Positions 61,979 to 64,000 of a stretch of 64,000 nucleotides of DNA are shown here, piece after piece. The notes beneath the pieces are model-generated. The model was not told the DNA's origin, did not search any database, and saw only the letters and a list, made by a program, of their open reading frames with translations. The position numbers and the translations under genes were made by a program. The stretch covers positions 186,001 to 250,000 of IMG/VR virus record IMGVR_UViG_3300020172_001601; one strand, written 5' to 3'. How positions within the stretch are numbered: position 1 is the first letter of the stretch; each line of letters begins with the position of its first letter.

Positions 61979-63433
61979 ATGTTGAAGTTCAAGACATGGC
62001 TAGAAGCCGAACAACCAGTAACAAACCCTGCCGCCCCAATCCAGAAAGGCGTCGGATACTACCTGCGCCTTGCCGGACTACCCCAAGGTGTCGCCAAACA
62101 CCCTGATGCCTATAAACTCATTGAGCAGGCATACAAGCAACTCCAAGCCCAAGGCAATCCAGAAGCCCATGAAGCCTATATCCGACTGCACGGCTATCTC
62201 GATAGACAACAGGGCGGCAAACACTTCAATAACTTCTTTACGGACGTAACACAAGGCAAAGAAGCATACGTTCCACACTCTGAGTTCCAGCCAGTCCTTG
62301 ATATGTCACAACAACAAGACTGGATGAAAACAAGAGAACAATACCACGGCAACTTCGACAAGCATATCAAAACCAGCATCCCTACGTTCGGAGAACTACA
62401 GGATAAGAAAGGCCATGCAATATCGACTGCCTTCAAAGACCAAGAACTCGATATGCTCGATATTGGTGGCTCTGAAGGATCATTCGCCCGCACCATCAGC
62501 CATATGACTAATGGTCAAATAAAGACTGAAGTGCTGGACCCTAACGATGCCATGCACGACTTCTACCACAGCAAGGGACAAACCCCAGGCAGCACATATA
62601 ACAAAGCCGCTTTCATGAAGGGCTGGATCAATGACGATGGCTCGAAAACGCCCGAACTCAATAGCGAGACAACAGATAAACGATATGATATTATCCACGA
62701 GTCTATGGCATTCCAGTTCATGAGCAACCAACGTGATGCCCAAGTCGCCGAGGCCAAGGCATTACTCAAGCCAACTGGCATGTTCCTCACCGAACAAAAG
62801 CTAAAGAACGATAATTGGGACGCCAATGAGAAGTTCAAAGACGAAAACCACAAGAACCTCTATTACAGCAATGAGGCACTGAAACAAAAAGAAAAGGTTG
62901 TCGCCTTCGCTGCGGAAAAGAAGCCACAGTTTGCTCAAAATCAAGACGAAGAAGAAGCAGTCGGCATGGTGAATAACATGGTTCACCACAATGAATACGA
63001 ACAAACCCTTGCCAAACACTTCCAAATCGTGTATCAGTATTGGGATAGCGGGAACTTCAAAGGCTACGCAGCCAGCGATCAACCCGATATGGTCACAAAG
63101 TTCCTGCACGCATTGGGCAACGTCAGTAGTAAATTCTCAAACGTCCCGCTCCCAAGAAGAATAACGGTCGGAGAATCCATCATGCCATCCTTCAAAGAAT
63201 GGTCGAAACAACACAGCATCGAAGACGTGACCAACGGCATCCTCCCGCACCGGGACAAGCTGGAGAAAATGACCGGCCATGAGATCAAGAAGCTGTACGG
63301 GGATAAACTCGTACACGCCGCTCGTAAACTCGATATGGACCTCAGCGACGACGATATTGATGAAATCATCGACAAGGCATGTGGAATCGAAGAAATCGAG
63401 CCGCACCACAGCCACTACCATCTGCACACTTAA
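61979..63433 (+). CDS. class I SAM-dependent methyltransferase (CmoA-like) with capsid-targeting-like N-terminus MLKFKTWLEAE
   Basis: FDKHIKTSIPTF, MLDIGGSEG, EVLDPN, YDII, LLKPTGMFL..K, QYWDSGNF. Confidence 0.7.
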   Translation: MLKFKTWLEAEQPVTNPAAPIQKGVGYYLRLAGLPQGVAKHPDAYKLIEQAYKQLQAQGNPEAHEAYIRLHGYLDRQQGGKHFNNFFTDVTQGKEAYVPHSEFQPVLDMSQQQDWMKTREQYHGNFDKHIKTSIPTFGELQDKKGHAISTAFKDQELDMLDIGGSEGSFARTISHMTNGQIKTEVLDPNDAMHDFYHSKGQTPGSTYNKAAFMKGWINDDGSKTPELNSETTDKRYDIIHESMAFQFMSNQRDAQVAEAKALLKPTGMFLTEQKLKNDNWDANEKFKDENHKNLYYSNEALKQKEKVVAFAAEKKPQFAQNQDEEEAVGMVNNMVHHNEYEQTLAKHFQIVYQYWDSGNFKGYAASDQPDMVTKFLHALGNVSSKFSNVPLPRRITVGESIMPSFKEWSKQHSIEDVTNGILPHRDKLEKMTGHEIKKLYGDKLVHAARKLDMDLSDDDIDEIIDKACGIEEIEPHHSHYHLHT

Positions 63434-63435
63434 AA

Positions 63436-63503
63436 GCTATCCTGATAGCCATTAAGCCCCTAAAAGACCGATAATAGCTATCCTGGTAGCTTTTATCGGT
63501 CTT
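63436..63503. repeat. two near-identical palindromic 14-mers, the second inside an 11-bp-arm hairpin
   Basis: GCTATCCTGATAGC (63436-49) and GCTATCCTGGTAGC (63477-90); AAGACCGATAA/TTATCGGTCTT arms. Confidence 0.75.
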
Positions 63504-63547
63504 CTTATTTTGCCTACTTTACTGATGATAAAATTGGCAAGTTATGA

Positions 63548-63577
63548 TTTACAGAAACACCATTACAGTGGTAAAAT
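63548..63577 (+). promoter_or_regulatory. class I promoter
   Basis: TTTACA-N18-TAAAAT. Confidence 0.7.
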
Positions 63578-63626
63578 GCCTTGGTCAACTTTTCGACACT
63601 CTCTGTCCCCCTTCTAGGACTGTCCC

Positions 63627-64000
63627 ATGCGATTGTTCACTGCCCTGATCGTTTCGTTGATTTTGTTCTCCACAGCCTCGACTGCTGAAGCTGGCAGAAA
63701 ACACAGATGCCAGCCCCGATGCGTCCAATATCGTCAGCCTGTTCATTGCCAACCAAGATGCGTCCAATATCGTCAGCCTGTTCATTGCCAGCCCCGATGC
63801 GTCCAGCCTCAGCCTCAGCCTCAGCCTCAGCCTATTTACGTCGATCCAATTCACTCAGAATCTCAAACCAAATACATCGCACAACCACAACTCAATCAGA
63901 ATATCATCGAGAACCCACAGCCTGCTTCTGTTCCTGATAAAGACAAGCCGTTTATGCAGCGGCCATCAGACTTTGGCAGAGTGCCATACAATCAGGGCGT
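63627..64000 (+). CDS. secreted Cys/Gln/Pro-repeat protein, runs off the window (not in track)
   Basis: Signal peptide MRLFTALIVSLILFSTASTAEA; open frame to the end. Confidence 0.75.
   Translation, partial: MRLFTALIVSLILFSTASTAEAGRKHRCQPRCVQYRQPVHCQPRCVQYRQPVHCQPRCVQPQPQPQPQPIYVDPIHSESQTKYIAQPQLNQNIIENPQPASVPDKDKPFMQRPSDFGRVPYNQG
63708..63833 (+). repeat. 39-nt tandem repeat x2.5 (CQPRCVQYRQPVH) plus (CAGCCT)x5
   Basis: Directly visible; unit lengths are multiples of 3 inside the ORF. Confidence 0.9.

Noticed and set aside
63708-63833. CRISPR-like array from repeated 26-39 nt units
   Set aside because: Units are adjacent without unique spacers, are multiples of 3 and lie inside an ORF; no cas genes.
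1-64000. Genome-wide TAG reassignment (code 15/16), suggested by the amber in Pth and in-frame junctions at 5107, 8525 and 22497
   Set aside because: Many genes end cleanly at TAG before promoters, terminators or new SD/ATG (25310, 40699, 47738, 53209, 54601, 56632), coding density is already high with the standard code, and recognisable domains are not broken by TAG.
1-64000. Bacterial chromosome origin because of smpB, thioesterase and CAP genes
   Set aside because: No housekeeping operons; mostly short unknown ORFs on one strand with repeated phage-style promoters.
1-64000. tRNA, tmRNA or rRNA genes
   Set aside because: No cloverleaf or T-loop (GTTCRA) context found in intergenic gaps by eye; a tRNAscan-SE/ARAGORN run is needed to be sure.

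Overview
Gene-dense segment of what is most likely a large (jumbo-type) tailed dsDNA phage genome. It holds about 120 mostly short, tightly packed CDSs, nearly all on the + strand, with no capsid, tail, terminase or replicative polymerase genes, so it reads as an early/accessory region. Recognisable products: Pth2-like peptidyl-tRNA hydrolase (in-frame amber at codon 4), SmpB, YqeY-like, sigma70-family factor, ParB-like proteins, SNF2 helicase, ArdC, two HNH proteins, HAD phosphatases, nucleotidyltransferase, 2H phosphoesterase, macrodomain, M23 peptidase, vWA, CAP, TPR, acyl-CoA thioesterase, GT2-like and CmoA-like methyltransferase. Three promoter-like motif classes are visible by eye: (I) 14 copies of TTTACA-N17/18-TAnAAT (housekeeping sigma70 type); (II) 10 copies of TGAAC(C/T)-N13/14-(C/T)TCTCT(A/T)GG, mostly folded into hairpins and clustered around the sigma gene; (III) CTA(A/T)ATA, found 4-5 nt before five genes whose products begin with a T4 internal-protein-like capsid-targeting peptide. 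A DGQH(R/K)H peptide recurs in four unrelated ORFs. No tRNA, rRNA, tmRNA, CRISPR array or IS element was seen. All family calls come from motif recognition by eye and were not database-verified. A Planctomycetota host is only an inference.
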